DNA from: Trypanosoma brucei
Lineage: Eukaryota
DNA: 64,000 bases
Assembly: GCA_000002445.1 (NCBI GenBank)
Contig: AL929603.2
Coordinates: 224,001 to 288,000 of the forward strand
Direction: 5' to 3'
Below the pieces are notes generated by a model. That model worked only from the letters and a program-made list of their open reading frames with translations. It had not been told where the DNA came from and ran no database searches. Each line of letters opens with the position of its first letter. Position 1 is the first letter of the stretch. Position numbers and translations under genes: made by a program. Positions 21,926 to 32,901 of the stretch are shown here, in pieces.

Positions 21926-22645
21926 GATGATAACTTTCCCCGAGCAGACAAATGAAAGGTAGAGTCACCCTGCGACTTCTGCAAAGAAGCTTGAAGGAAG
22001 AAGGGAGAAAATTTTCTGCAAGTGGTGAATAAACCGCTGCACGACTAAGCTTCACTCCTAGTTTCTCCACACAAACAAAAAGTATTCTGCATTGTTAATA
22101 AAACAATCCACAGAATGAGATGGCACAACTTGAGGGAGGTGTGGGTTTCACAGGCATATGTGAATGAACGCAAAAAAAAATAATTAAAAAACTGTATTTA
22201 TGTTGTGCCCGAAACGAGTGAAATCATCAACAAAACCATCCCACAAGAAAGGAAGGGAGTACAAGTGTATCTTTCTTTTTCATTACGCATGCATGTATCA
22301 GAGCCTGGGGAACCTGCAGAGACAAGTTCGGTCCCCTCCCACAAAGAAACATGTGAACGCTACCGACGCAGGATTTCCAGCTGCGGGCCGTCATCTTCAT
22401 CGAATCAGCAATGAGGCGACCGCAGCATCACCGGCATCCAAACTTTGTGCCACGGGGACCAAAAAAGGAAAAAAAAAATCGTTGTGACGAAAGTTCACGA
22501 CATAAGGAGATATACGGGCTCAAACGATTTATTCGATAGAACAGAACTGTGACAAAGAGTGAAACCACCCAAAACTCCCTTTACCACAGAGCTCGCACGT
22601 AGCGGAGGTAGAACAGGTACATTTCACAATATCTCACTTTCCCCA

Positions 22646-24931
22646 CTACTGTCCAATACGATCTTCAGCGACACCGCCGGCTTGCGTTTCATAACTTCGC
22701 TTGAGCCCAGCAAGAAACTCTTGCTGGTTTTCAATGTTGCGGCACAGCCACTCATAAAGGTTGTCTATGTCGGCATGTGCCCTTCTATGGTCCCCACCCT
22801 CATCCACCAGAAGTATGTTTCCTAAGGAATCAACAATATGATCTTGCGTTGCAATAAAGTTCGCAAGAGCCCTTTTAGCCGCCTGCTGTTTCAGCTCAAA
22901 CCGACGCACTTGTGCCCGCAACGATTTGTTTTCCTGCGAGACACGCAGGTACTCTTGCCTTTCGCGCACAAGGCTCTCCATTCGCTCCTGCAGTCCTTGC
23001 ACCGTACAGTGCGCCTCATGTAAGTTTGCCTCCATCTCGCACAACCGCGTCGCCTCAGCAGATGTGACCGCTGCTGCCTTCTTCGCAGACTTCAGCTGCC
23101 GCTCCAACGTCGCTGTGCGCTTCTCACACTCCTCCTGCAAAACGGTGAGTCGCTCAAGCCGCTGCTGGTATTCATGGGTCTCATTCTCCCTCTCCGCAAG
23201 GCGCGCTTCTGCATCTTGACGTTTTTTTCGCTCCTCCCCCACTTGCAATCGCAAAGCCTTAAGGTCATAACTATCTTGTTGATGCTGACGTTGAAGGTGG
23301 CGAAGGCCGTCTAGGAAGGTTGCTGAACCGCGTCTCTCGTTAGCAGTCAACTGGCTCACGATTCGTTGCCCTTTGACAAGGGAAGTCACAGCATGGGGAA
23401 GAAGGTGGGAGGCGGGATAGCACTGTTCCATCTGCTTAACAACTACCTCCATGTGTGGCGGTAAACAAAGTGTATCTGTTTCATACTTATCCGTATCGGT
23501 GTCACCATCTCCATTCAATGAAAGACCATAGGAGCAGTTCGATTCATCAGTGGCGGCTGTGATCATTGTGGATGAGGCATGAGGTTGTTCGGACGTTGGA
23601 TTCAATAACGAACAAAGGTAAGAGACGAACGAACTGAGAACGTTACAACGTTCCATTTGTTCGTTAGAAGTTGGTCCACAAAGTGCAGCAGCCAAGCCCC
23701 TGGAACCACCAAACAGAAGTTCCTTCACCCTGAATTGTGTCAACTTCCCCGATTCGCTGCAGACGCCCCAAACACTGGTGTCCAGGTACTGTCCTCCACA
23801 GCATAACTCACTCAGGTCACCGCACGGAAACTGGAGAGACCCACGCAGCAGCAACTCGGTTGTATCCCATACATTTGCCTGCTGATCTGCACCATAGCTC
23901 CAAACCAAACGGCCAAGGGACATAACTAAAAGGCTGCGGACTGCGGTAGCACCGTGTGCGTGCCACACGCGGTGTGGCGCCCCTCTCGAACCCTTACTTT
24001 CATCAACATTGCATTTTGTATGCGAAATACATGGACTGTTGTCGTTACTAACGACATTCCCTAATGGTTGAAGGAAAAAAACTATCACAAACCCCTTTGA
24101 CGTTCCGATCCATAACTGATAACCTCCAAGCAATATGGAACAACATGGTTCCCCATACTCTGACGCCAAGTATGCGGGCATGCCAAAAGTATGTGTCTCA
24201 TCAACATTCGCGCGCAAATTCCACACATCCACATCACCTCGTTGAGTAACAGTAACAACTCGGTCACCGACTTCATCCACCATGAGGCCACACACGCGCC
24301 CCTGCACTCGAAATAAGCCAACCACGTCCACGTCTGAGTCCCGCTGCGGCAGGTCGGCAGCGCAACTGCCGGAAACCCAGCACAAAAGCATTACCTCACT
24401 GAAAGTCCCATCAAATGATGACACCAACACGCCACCGCCATAACCGCTGCTACAAAGACTTGTTGTTTCAAGAAGGTCCTCATTCCCATCGTCACAATCT
24501 TTCGCTGATGCCCCATCCGTGCAAGGGGCTGCAGCAAGTGCCGTTACCTCTACACCCAACTGGACCCGGCGAATGTCGCCTTCAAAACTATCCGCAACAC
24601 CAAAAGCAATACATCCACCCGCCGTCGCAATACATACAAAAAAACGTTCGTCATCGCGCACAGTTGTGAAAACAACGGACAACACACGGTCATTTTCTTC
24701 ACTACAATCGAAATAAGGCTGATCTAATTCATCTGAGCCTTTTGGCGCAGGTGATGAATGCCCGGGGGCTGAGTTCGGGCAAACCACTACCCTCGGAAAG
24801 CGGAACACGCGGGTACTTGTTGAATCCACCGTCCAAACAGCCCCTTGAGGATCACGGTAAACGGAAGAAAATGGCGACTCGCACTTCAGGGGAAGTTCCC
24901 CCTCTATTGTACACTCCGGTGGGGCGAACAT
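22646..24931 (-). CDS. hypothetical protein (761 aa): beta-propeller-like N-terminal region plus C-terminal coiled coil
   Basis: The C-terminal ~200 aa is strongly heptad-like and charged (…LRLQVGEERKKRQDAEARLAERENETHEYQQRLERL…). The N-terminal part has a repeated hydrophobic / G / W / D pattern. Confidence 0.65.
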   Translation of the reverse strand: MFAPPECTIEGELPLKCESPFSSVYRDPQGAVWTVDSTSTRVFRFPRVVVCPNSAPGHSSPAPKGSDELDQPYFDCSEENDRVLSVVFTTVRDDERFFVCIATAGGCIAFGVADSFEGDIRRVQLGVEVTALAAAPCTDGASAKDCDDGNEDLLETTSLCSSGYGGGVLVSSFDGTFSEVMLLCWVSGSCAADLPQRDSDVDVVGLFRVQGRVCGLMVDEVGDRVVTVTQRGDVDVWNLRANVDETHTFGMPAYLASEYGEPCCSILLGGYQLWIGTSKGFVIVFFLQPLGNVVSNDNSPCISHTKCNVDESKGSRGAPHRVWHAHGATAVRSLLVMSLGRLVWSYGADQQANVWDTTELLLRGSLQFPCGDLSELCCGGQYLDTSVWGVCSESGKLTQFRVKELLFGGSRGLAAALCGPTSNEQMERCNVLSSFVSYLCSLLNPTSEQPHASSTMITAATDESNCSYGLSLNGDGDTDTDKYETDTLCLPPHMEVVVKQMEQCYPASHLLPHAVTSLVKGQRIVSQLTANERRGSATFLDGLRHLQRQHQQDSYDLKALRLQVGEERKKRQDAEARLAERENETHEYQQRLERLTVLQEECEKRTATLERQLKSAKKAAAVTSAEATRLCEMEANLHEAHCTVQGLQERMESLVRERQEYLRVSQENKSLRAQVRRFELKQQAAKRALANFIATQDHIVDSLGNILLVDEGGDHRRAHADIDNLYEWLCRNIENQQEFLAGLKRSYETQAGGVAEDRIGQ

Positions 24932-25452
24932 ATTTGCTGCCGCTAAACGAAGTCGTGGAAAATACGGGGGGGGGGGAATATCACCCGCTTATCTCTCTTT
25001 CCTTCTCTTCAAACCGCACGACCGTAAAGAACAGGGCGGTAAATGCCAAGTATAAGAGGTAGAGAATGGCAGGAAACGAGAAAAAAAAAGAGAAAGAAAT
25101 GTATAAGGGTCGATGCATCACTTGAAACAGAAAAGTCAAATTGTGCAGACAAAAAAAGGTGTGACGGCTAAGCCGAAGAAGCACGGAAGGATTAGGAAAG
25201 GAAAATAATAACGGTGACAATATAGCAATAATACACAAGAAAACATGTGACATCACTGCAAGGGGTATCCAACGTTTCAAAAATGTTCGACATGTACATA
25301 AAAACACCAGGACGCATGCCTGCAAAGATGAGTGTAGTTCAGCGAATTCGCACGACCCCTTTTTTCACATACAGCGCGGCGCGTAAAAAAGTACGCAAAC
25401 AACAGCAACAGCAACAATGGAGGAGGCCAAAAAAGAAAACACACCTTCTAAA

Positions 25453-26595
25453 TCAAAGGTGAAGCATCTTCACGGCCGAATGCGGCGATGCCATGCGCAG
25501 GTTGACGCCGTGCTCCATGTTTGTTGCCACGCTATTGTACATGAGTGACAGAAACTCATCCCACTGCAGTGTCATGGTGTCATCTAGCCCCAGCACATCA
25601 CACATATTCTTAATTACAGTTGAAGGTGCGTGTTCGTTGTTAAGACGTGTGCACATAGCGGGGAGGTCCCGCACCTCCACAAAGCCATCTAGTTCAGCGG
25701 TTGGTTCCATATTAAATTCGAGGAACAACCGCCTAAGTTTTTTCACAGCCTCTTCGTTATACACGCTACCATCTAACTTAAGTGTGATGATGAAAGCCTC
25801 CCACGAAATATTATCTTGTGGTAGACGAGAACTTAGTTCATCGTAGAAAGCCTTTGTGTATTTGGACGCATCATACGCCTCACCAAGTATGCGGCACCGC
25901 TCGCGGTGACCTTCAACAAGAGCGGAAGCTGGAACCGTGCCATTCTCCTGCATGTCATTAAAGAAACGCTTCATCGCACGCAAGTGAATCGCCTCTGGAT
26001 GGCTGCTTTGCTTCGGTGGTCTTCCCATAGCCTGATACACAAGGACACAATTACAGCGTGACTGCCGGAATATCTCCTCCGCTACATTTGGTGGGATCTT
26101 GGTGTGGAGAACTCCCACCTCTTTAATGTTACTGTTACATAGTGTCAGCTCATAGAGAAAGTTACCACCTGTCCATGATATAAACTCGTTGAAGCTAAGC
26201 TCAAGGCGCTCTAATGATGGATGAAACGCTGCCATTCTCGAAATGAAGTACACCGCATTGTTAGTGAGATAATTATTTGCGCAATTAAATGACTTGAGGG
26301 CGGGCAAACGCTTGCACAGTTCAACTACAGGCCGCACACCTTTGGGTCCAATGTATGACTGGGAAAAATCTAAGTGCGTTGTTACGTTCCACTCACCAAC
26401 ACATGAAGAAAACAAGTTGGCAACAGAGTTTATAGGCTTGCATTGATGACGGAAACATAACTCACGGTACGCCTCAGAGGGAGGTAACACATGAAATTCT
26501 GCCTGCAGTTGCTGCACGTTGTATGAGTAGTCAACTTCCTGAAGCGGGTCATTATCAACACGAGCCTCTTGTTTGTTGCTCCGTAGCGAATGCAT
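25453..26595 (-). CDS. leucine-rich repeat (RNI-like) protein, 380 aa
   Basis: Repeated LxxLxLxxN units, for example LPALKSFNCANNYLTNN, LERLELSFNEFISWTGGN and LYELTLCNSNIKEV. Confidence 0.6.
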   Translation of the reverse strand: MHSLRSNKQEARVDNDPLQEVDYSYNVQQLQAEFHVLPPSEAYRELCFRHQCKPINSVANLFSSCVGEWNVTTHLDFSQSYIGPKGVRPVVELCKRLPALKSFNCANNYLTNNAVYFISRMAAFHPSLERLELSFNEFISWTGGNFLYELTLCNSNIKEVGVLHTKIPPNVAEEIFRQSRCNCVLVYQAMGRPPKQSSHPEAIHLRAMKRFFNDMQENGTVPASALVEGHRERCRILGEAYDASKYTKAFYDELSSRLPQDNISWEAFIITLKLDGSVYNEEAVKKLRRLFLEFNMEPTAELDGFVEVRDLPAMCTRLNNEHAPSTVIKNMCDVLGLDDTMTLQWDEFLSLMYNSVATNMEHGVNLRMASPHSAVKMLHL

Positions 26596-26981
26596 ACGAC
26601 CTGTCTTCTGTTGCTAGACTGTATCGTGCACACATAAGCGCAATAAACGTACACACATTATTTTATTTTATTTTTAAAAAAAGAGAGGAGGGGAAAGCAA
26701 TTAGAAGGAAATGACAATTAACAGAAAGCAGTGCTCGGCCCATGTAGAGGTATTTATTCGATAGTGAAAACACTCACATCCCCTCACCCTTACTCGACAG
26801 AACGTGACATGGCGTGACGTGACGACTAAATTACACGGAAATAAAATACCAGCGAAGTATGAACTGCAGCATAACAATAAAACGGCAACTCGCAACCACT
26901 CAAACACTGCGAACACGACTTATTAGGCGGTAACACCAACACCACTCACACTTTCGCTCCACCGTCAGGGGCGCCGCCACT

Positions 26982-29387
26982 TCACGCCCTTCGACGGAAA
27001 GCGTCTGTTAAGCCATCGTCAATTGGCACTCCCGCTTTGTAAAGGTACACAAGCAACAGGGCTTTCTGCACATCAGACATCGTCGCTGGATTCAAAACCT
27101 TCCCTCGCGCCACAAGGGCTGCTGCCAGCGCATCCCTTTGAGCCCCCTGCTGCAACAATGGTAATAAGGAAGCAACCGCGTTGAGGTCGTCGATCCCCGC
27201 AGCTTCACTGCAAGCCACTGTCATACGTTGGAGAAGTGTCGCCCGCATCGAGGCCGCGGCATTTAAGGTTAGATTGGTGCAACAGTGAAACAGTCGCACA
27301 AACTGCCGTGCCGTGAAGGGAGCAGTATGAGCAAACGCATCGTCGTGGCCAAGAGATCGAACAAATAGTGACAAAAGCAACCGTTCTAACACGACCTTGT
27401 CGCCGCGGGCGGAAACTTCTTCCAGGGAGCTGAGCAGCAGCTCCAAGTAGTGAGCACTCACATTCTTACGCTCATTTTTGAGACAGCGAATAAAAAGGTC
27501 ATAAGCCTCCATCGGCAGCGGATGGGATGACGCTCCTAAAAACTTTGCAATTTCCCGAAGCGGAAACTCCGACGGTCGCTTCTCTGTATATGTGAACAGT
27601 TCGGTAACAATTTGTTGAAGTGCGTCGTGCTTCCCTCCGCCTCCAAGCCTAGAAACAGGACCCCCGATAATAGCGGAAGAAGAAGAAACACGGGCCACAT
27701 GCTGCCAAGTGTCAAATACTGCCGACGCAGGTACAAGCACATTGTCACGATGGAGACATTTCGCGCAGCGTTCCAGTAGCGGTTCTACCAACTTTTGTCT
27801 GCTGCCCAAACTCCCGCTGTGGTCATCCGTGGAATTACCTTCACTGGAAACGATGGTAGGAGAGGTTGCAGACTCTGTAACAACCCTTAGGAGAGGGGGC
27901 ACCCGCAGTAGCTCACAAATGACACGCACAGCGGTGATGCATTCAGAGACAGTAGATGTGACAGCAACCCCATTTTGTTCCCAAACCTCAGGGAACTTGA
28001 CAACAATGCTGCTGCATTCAGTAATTGCTGGGTCCATGGGGCCGATTTTCCCCCTGCATGCCGTAAACACGTCCAGAGCCACTGACAGCAACCCCGCCAA
28101 GCGACCACAGCAACGCCGCAGCGGAGCACCGCGCATATTGTAGCACTCAATGATGAGCGAATGAAGAAGCGATAACAGTTCCTCACCGACGTTCCGCACC
28201 TGTTGCCGCTCCAACACTACAGCGAGACATATCACCTCCAACAACTGTGCAGGATTATTACCCACGGAGGTCGCGGTGGAACGCTTAGAGCTAACGCAGT
28301 CAAGAACGTGACGTCTCAATGACTCTGTAAGGTCGGTTGGCTCAAAAGAGGCAATAACTTCCAATACCTCACGGCATGCTGCACCATCGAGGGGACGACG
28401 GATGAGGTGCTTCAACAAATAATAGGTAGTCTCCGTATCTGCGGTGGTGGCTCCTCCTGAATGCGGCGAGCAAGGCGACAGCTGCCCACTACCACCCCGC
28501 AACATCGCAATTAAAGTTCCCACTGGTAAGTGGTGAACCTGAGAAAGTAATCGAGCCTTCAGCACATGGTATTCCCCCTCAATGTCCATTAGCGCCGTTG
28601 CGGGATATTCCCCTTCACTATCATGGTGTTCACCGCTCTCTCTGTTACTGCTCATATCCTCATGCAGCAAACACAGCAGCTGTTGTTGTGCTTCGCAAGT
28701 GCAACCATGGGTCAACAGCAGACTTTCCAACACCAACGCACGGCTGGGGGCTTTCAGTTTGGGGTACAGTCGCAAAAGACGACGGCACGCAAGTTTCCAC
28801 AGAACCGCTTGCGCTTCCTCTTGCTGGAGCTTCGCAACGCACCACAACAAACGGGCCACACGATTCTCGTCAAATTGTTGTAAATGCTCTTTTGCACAGT
28901 AAAAAAGTAAGTTTGTCATACCCAGTTGTCTCGCGCACTCCGTCATGGCAATAGCTTGCAATGAATACAACACGGCTTGAGGCCTCCAGGAAGCAAACTG
29001 CATCCCCGTCAGTCGCTCATCCAAACCCAACAGCAATCCATTTATACACAGCGAAGGCACACTTCCCTCACCCCAGCTGCTGTTGCTACTACGCATGGAG
29101 TTCTTCACAACGCGAAAAATGTTCACAACCACTTCATCCACCAGTGGTGCACCCTCTGGAAAATGTTTCAGCTGAGACGATAACCGCTCCACCCACTGCA
29201 ATGCACACTGGTGAAGTTGTGTGTCTCTTGTCGTGCATGACAATGACACAAGCGAGGAACTAACACCACTCACATAACGAATAGTAAAAGCGTCACAGGA
29301 AGGTGCTGCGGTCTCTCCCCCAGTTGTAAGCAGTGATGAAGCACGAGTACACAATAATGTCAATACCTGACGCGAATGAAGCCGCAT
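26982..29387 (-). CDS. hypothetical alpha-helical protein, 801 aa
   Basis: Long minus-strand ORF, predominantly helical and Leu-rich with no low-complexity regions. Confidence 0.6.
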   Translation of the reverse strand: MRLHSRQVLTLLCTRASSLLTTGGETAAPSCDAFTIRYVSGVSSSLVSLSCTTRDTQLHQCALQWVERLSSQLKHFPEGAPLVDEVVVNIFRVVKNSMRSSNSSWGEGSVPSLCINGLLLGLDERLTGMQFASWRPQAVLYSLQAIAMTECARQLGMTNLLFYCAKEHLQQFDENRVARLLWCVAKLQQEEAQAVLWKLACRRLLRLYPKLKAPSRALVLESLLLTHGCTCEAQQQLLCLLHEDMSSNRESGEHHDSEGEYPATALMDIEGEYHVLKARLLSQVHHLPVGTLIAMLRGGSGQLSPCSPHSGGATTADTETTYYLLKHLIRRPLDGAACREVLEVIASFEPTDLTESLRRHVLDCVSSKRSTATSVGNNPAQLLEVICLAVVLERQQVRNVGEELLSLLHSLIIECYNMRGAPLRRCCGRLAGLLSVALDVFTACRGKIGPMDPAITECSSIVVKFPEVWEQNGVAVTSTVSECITAVRVICELLRVPPLLRVVTESATSPTIVSSEGNSTDDHSGSLGSRQKLVEPLLERCAKCLHRDNVLVPASAVFDTWQHVARVSSSSAIIGGPVSRLGGGGKHDALQQIVTELFTYTEKRPSEFPLREIAKFLGASSHPLPMEAYDLFIRCLKNERKNVSAHYLELLLSSLEEVSARGDKVVLERLLLSLFVRSLGHDDAFAHTAPFTARQFVRLFHCCTNLTLNAAASMRATLLQRMTVACSEAAGIDDLNAVASLLPLLQQGAQRDALAAALVARGKVLNPATMSDVQKALLLVYLYKAGVPIDDGLTDAFRRRA

Positions 29388-30855
29388 GTGGGCAGCGAAT
29401 TGGTGGGAAGCTCTCGCGGGACGGGTCCCACCCGCAATAAAAGTACGTGATTCCTGTTTAGATGCTCACCACTCAACTTTTCTTTTTTCGTCCTTGAGCC
29501 AACCCTCAAAATCTTTTCCTAATATAATGAACAAACGAGCCAATAACCATACGTAGCCAGGAATATAAAAATAAAGAGTACCAAAAGCAAAAATAAAATA
29601 ATAAATGTAAAATAAGTAAAGCAGAATGAAGATAAAGTAGAAGAATAAGCTACTGGAAATACATGAAGCAAGCACAACCCCCCCCCCGATATAATGGAAA
29701 GGATAGCATGAAGATAAAACGCATGACCCGCTACACCATGTAAAAGGAAAGGGGAAAATCATAATAATAATAATGATGATGATGATAACAGTAAAGTTGT
29801 GAGAGCTACGGCCTCAAGTGTGTAGTGGATGTCCAGCACCCTGCGGTAAAAACAAAAGAAAAAATTAATGAATAAAAAAGAAGGGGAAAAAGAAAGAAAA
29901 AGAGAGGGAGGGAGCAGAGATAGCAAAACTGGAGTTGAACGGAATAACAACTAAAACGAAGGAGAAGAGGACACATCATACGGACCAAAAAAAAAATTTT
30001 GTTGCATGCACAAACAATTGCAGCTGCAGAAGGGGTACATACACACACACACACGGAAGATGGAGATGGGAAATGGAAGATGTGTGAATTCATTACTGGA
30101 CTCTAAATGAGGGAAGGTAAAAAAAAAACGGAGAAAAAAAGGACCGGGCAATATGTGGCACACGTGCAGCTAATATTGAAGAAGCAACGATGATGGTGAT
30201 AGCAGTAATAGTAGGGAGTGTGTGGGAAAGACGAACGCATATATTTATCGTGTTTTCTATATTTTTTTTTTGGCGTAGGAGAAGGGAGTAATTTTTTTTT
30301 TAAAAGAAGGGGGGGGGGTAAAATTGTTGGACCGTCCAGTCAGCCTGTCCGACACTTTTCGCCAGGCATACGGCATAAGCAGTACATGGGAAAGGAAGTA
30401 AAACAAATGAGCAAAGAGGGTCACCTTCCCAGTGAGAGGAAAAGGTTTATTTTTCATATATATATATATAAAGAAAGAAAAGGCAACACGTTGTTCCATC
30501 CCACAATATAAGCACAAACATATGAAAAGGTGAATGAAAAAGTGCACCTTTTCCACCGGAGACTGGGACAAAAAACACAATGAATACCACACGAGTGCCT
30601 TATATCGCCACGCCCCCACGCTATCACCACCAAACACAAACTGCCCAAATCCCATCAACCAAACCGTGTACAACCACAGTTCATTGACTCATTCGCTCAC
30701 TTGAATATATAAATATATGTCACTTCCTCCTATTCAAACCGCTTTTCTTCCCCCCATTTTCCTTTAATGTGAAAAAAAGTCACTGACCTTGCCGCTGCGG
30801 CGTGTTTTCATCCTGAAGCACAACCACACACAAACACATTCCCACGTGTCCGGTC

Positions 30856-32226
30856 TCAAACCACACGTGTGCACGGCATCATGTCATCGGTGCTCTCCCG
30901 ATCTTGTGCGTTTAAGTTGCGCACCAGCAGTTGACGGACATGCCGGGGGATTTGAGTGTCCAACATCCAAATATTTGCCGGGTTGCATTTCGCTAACCAA
31001 AGTGACGAAAGTTCTACGAGTGATAATCGTGTGAGGTAGCCGAGGGGGTAGCGATATGTTCGATTTGAATAATACACAACGTCCCTATCGCCTGGAAGTT
31101 CACCACCCACAACAAATAAACAACCCTGCGCCACTGCAGAAGCGTGGCCACTGCGCGCACTTGGACGTCCCCTTCCGCAACTTAACGTTATATCTATCCA
31201 CCGACTTGATGCTGCTGGCGGTGCCGCCACTAATGAAGTTGTGTATGACGACGACGAAGACGACTGAGAGGCCGCCGAAGAGGGAATATTGGTATCTATG
31301 CACCAAAAGTCGTCAAAGTACACTTCTCCATCTACATCACCACCATAAATGAACACGCGACCCCTAATTACTGCCATCGCAGATGCATAACGCGGACTCG
31401 GCCGAGGACCGGAGGATGGCACCACCTCACGCCATGTATTGGACGGAAAGTGGTAAGAAAAAAGAGAATTATTGTACACGGGACTTCCGTTTCGTCGTGC
31501 ACTGTCGGCATGGTAGCCGCCAAAGACGTAAAGGTAATCGCCCTCCACTTGTGCGCTATGGCCCAGCAATGGTAGGATAGGCTTACCAAACCAACCACTC
31601 GAGTGTACGGGGTGCCACTCAAGCGTGGTAAGATCTAAAAACCAGAAGCTATTGCTTATGTTACACGGTTCACCCATAAGTACATACATGCAGTTACGGT
31701 AAATGTGCGCAGTGTGAAGTCGCCGGTCCCCAGGTCCATCGGGCGCGGGCGTCGCCTGCTGCTGAATAAGAGACCACGTGAATGTGATTAAGTCAAGCAC
31801 AAGAACATCAGCAAATCGTGTGGGCATGTATAAATCCTGTCCGCCATACACATACATTTTATCCTCATGCACTACAGCAGAATGACTAATGCGAGGAGCC
31901 ACGATCTCGCTATTAGTGGTTTCCTTGTATGACCATGTGGATGTCTTCAAATCAAAACAATAAACATCATTGAAAATGATGTGCAGGGCGCCACCGCCAA
32001 ATAAAATAAGTTGTTCGTCCTTGTAATTTGCAAGAGAGTGGCAGCACCCGTGCAGGGGCATATCGCCGCTGGGTGGCACACTATTCCACATGAATGTTGT
32101 GGGTCCCTTACCGCTACTGGTGGTATTGCTCATCATGTATCTGAGTATTATAACTCCACACCCAAACAAATAGCGGTGCAGGAACTCAAAGGAAGAAGGA
32201 AACCGGAAACCAGTAACCTCCCTCAC
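30856..32226 (-). CDS. kelch-repeat (galactose-oxidase-type beta-propeller) protein, up to 456 aa
   Basis: Kelch signatures recur: LILFGGG, MYVYGGQD, YLYVFGGYH and RVFIYGGDVDGEVYFDDFWCIDT, each followed by W or Y about 8-10 residues later. Confidence 0.8.
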   Translation of the reverse strand: MREVTGFRFPSSFEFLHRYLFGCGVIILRYMMSNTTSSGKGPTTFMWNSVPPSGDMPLHGCCHSLANYKDEQLILFGGGALHIIFNDVYCFDLKTSTWSYKETTNSEIVAPRISHSAVVHEDKMYVYGGQDLYMPTRFADVLVLDLITFTWSLIQQQATPAPDGPGDRRLHTAHIYRNCMYVLMGEPCNISNSFWFLDLTTLEWHPVHSSGWFGKPILPLLGHSAQVEGDYLYVFGGYHADSARRNGSPVYNNSLFSYHFPSNTWREVVPSSGPRPSPRYASAMAVIRGRVFIYGGDVDGEVYFDDFWCIDTNIPSSAASQSSSSSSYTTSLVAAPPAASSRWIDITLSCGRGRPSARSGHASAVAQGCLFVVGGELPGDRDVVYYSNRTYRYPLGYLTRLSLVELSSLWLAKCNPANIWMLDTQIPRHVRQLLVRNLNAQDRESTDDMMPCTRVV

Positions 32227-32901
32227 GCCTTATTTATACTTTCTGGCTCTGGCCCGCTTCTGCTTCAAAAAGCAACAAAAAAACAAAGAGATGGTCCACT
32301 TCCTGCGGCTAAACCAGACAAGTTTTCCCCTTCAACTTTTTTTTTAAAAATCTTTAACTACTTTTCTATTATTATTATTTTTTATTTTTTTGCTTGTCTT
32401 CTTCTTCCCCTTGTTGAAGGACGCCCAGGTTGGTGTTGCGACGGAACGGAATGTCCAAGCAGCACTCAATGAAGACTTAACGTAAGGGGAAAAAATGCAA
32501 AAAATGGGGTTTTAAAGGGTGAAGTTGTCGTGGAGCGAAAGGTAAAGACAATTGGGCAAAACAAGCAAACTTTTAACAGCACCATCAATAATGGGAAATA
32601 CCTCAAATCTGAACTTACAACGAAACAAAAAAAATGGTCAAAGGTCACACTGCTGCGCATTTAAAGGACTCGCCATAAATATAGTAAAGGCAAAGCGAAG
32701 GCATTAACAGATGTGGAAGTACTCTCCACCACCGGCACCCGACACACGCAGAGAAACTTTTAAATGTGTAACAAAACTCATTATTTGCACGGAAAGCGTG
32801 CCAAACCCTCCAGAGTGATTTCTTGTGTACTGAATGTGATCACCTGCGGCACCGGTTGGAAACGGGGTTGAGCTGGAAAAGGTATGGCACAATAAATATG
32901 T

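Noticed and set aside
29466-30673. Several 60-140 aa ORFs with highly hydrophobic or low-complexity translations (for example 29466..29762, 29806..30093, 30257..30673)
   Set aside because: They are translations of pyrimidine/purine tracts in an intergenic spacer and have no coding-like composition.
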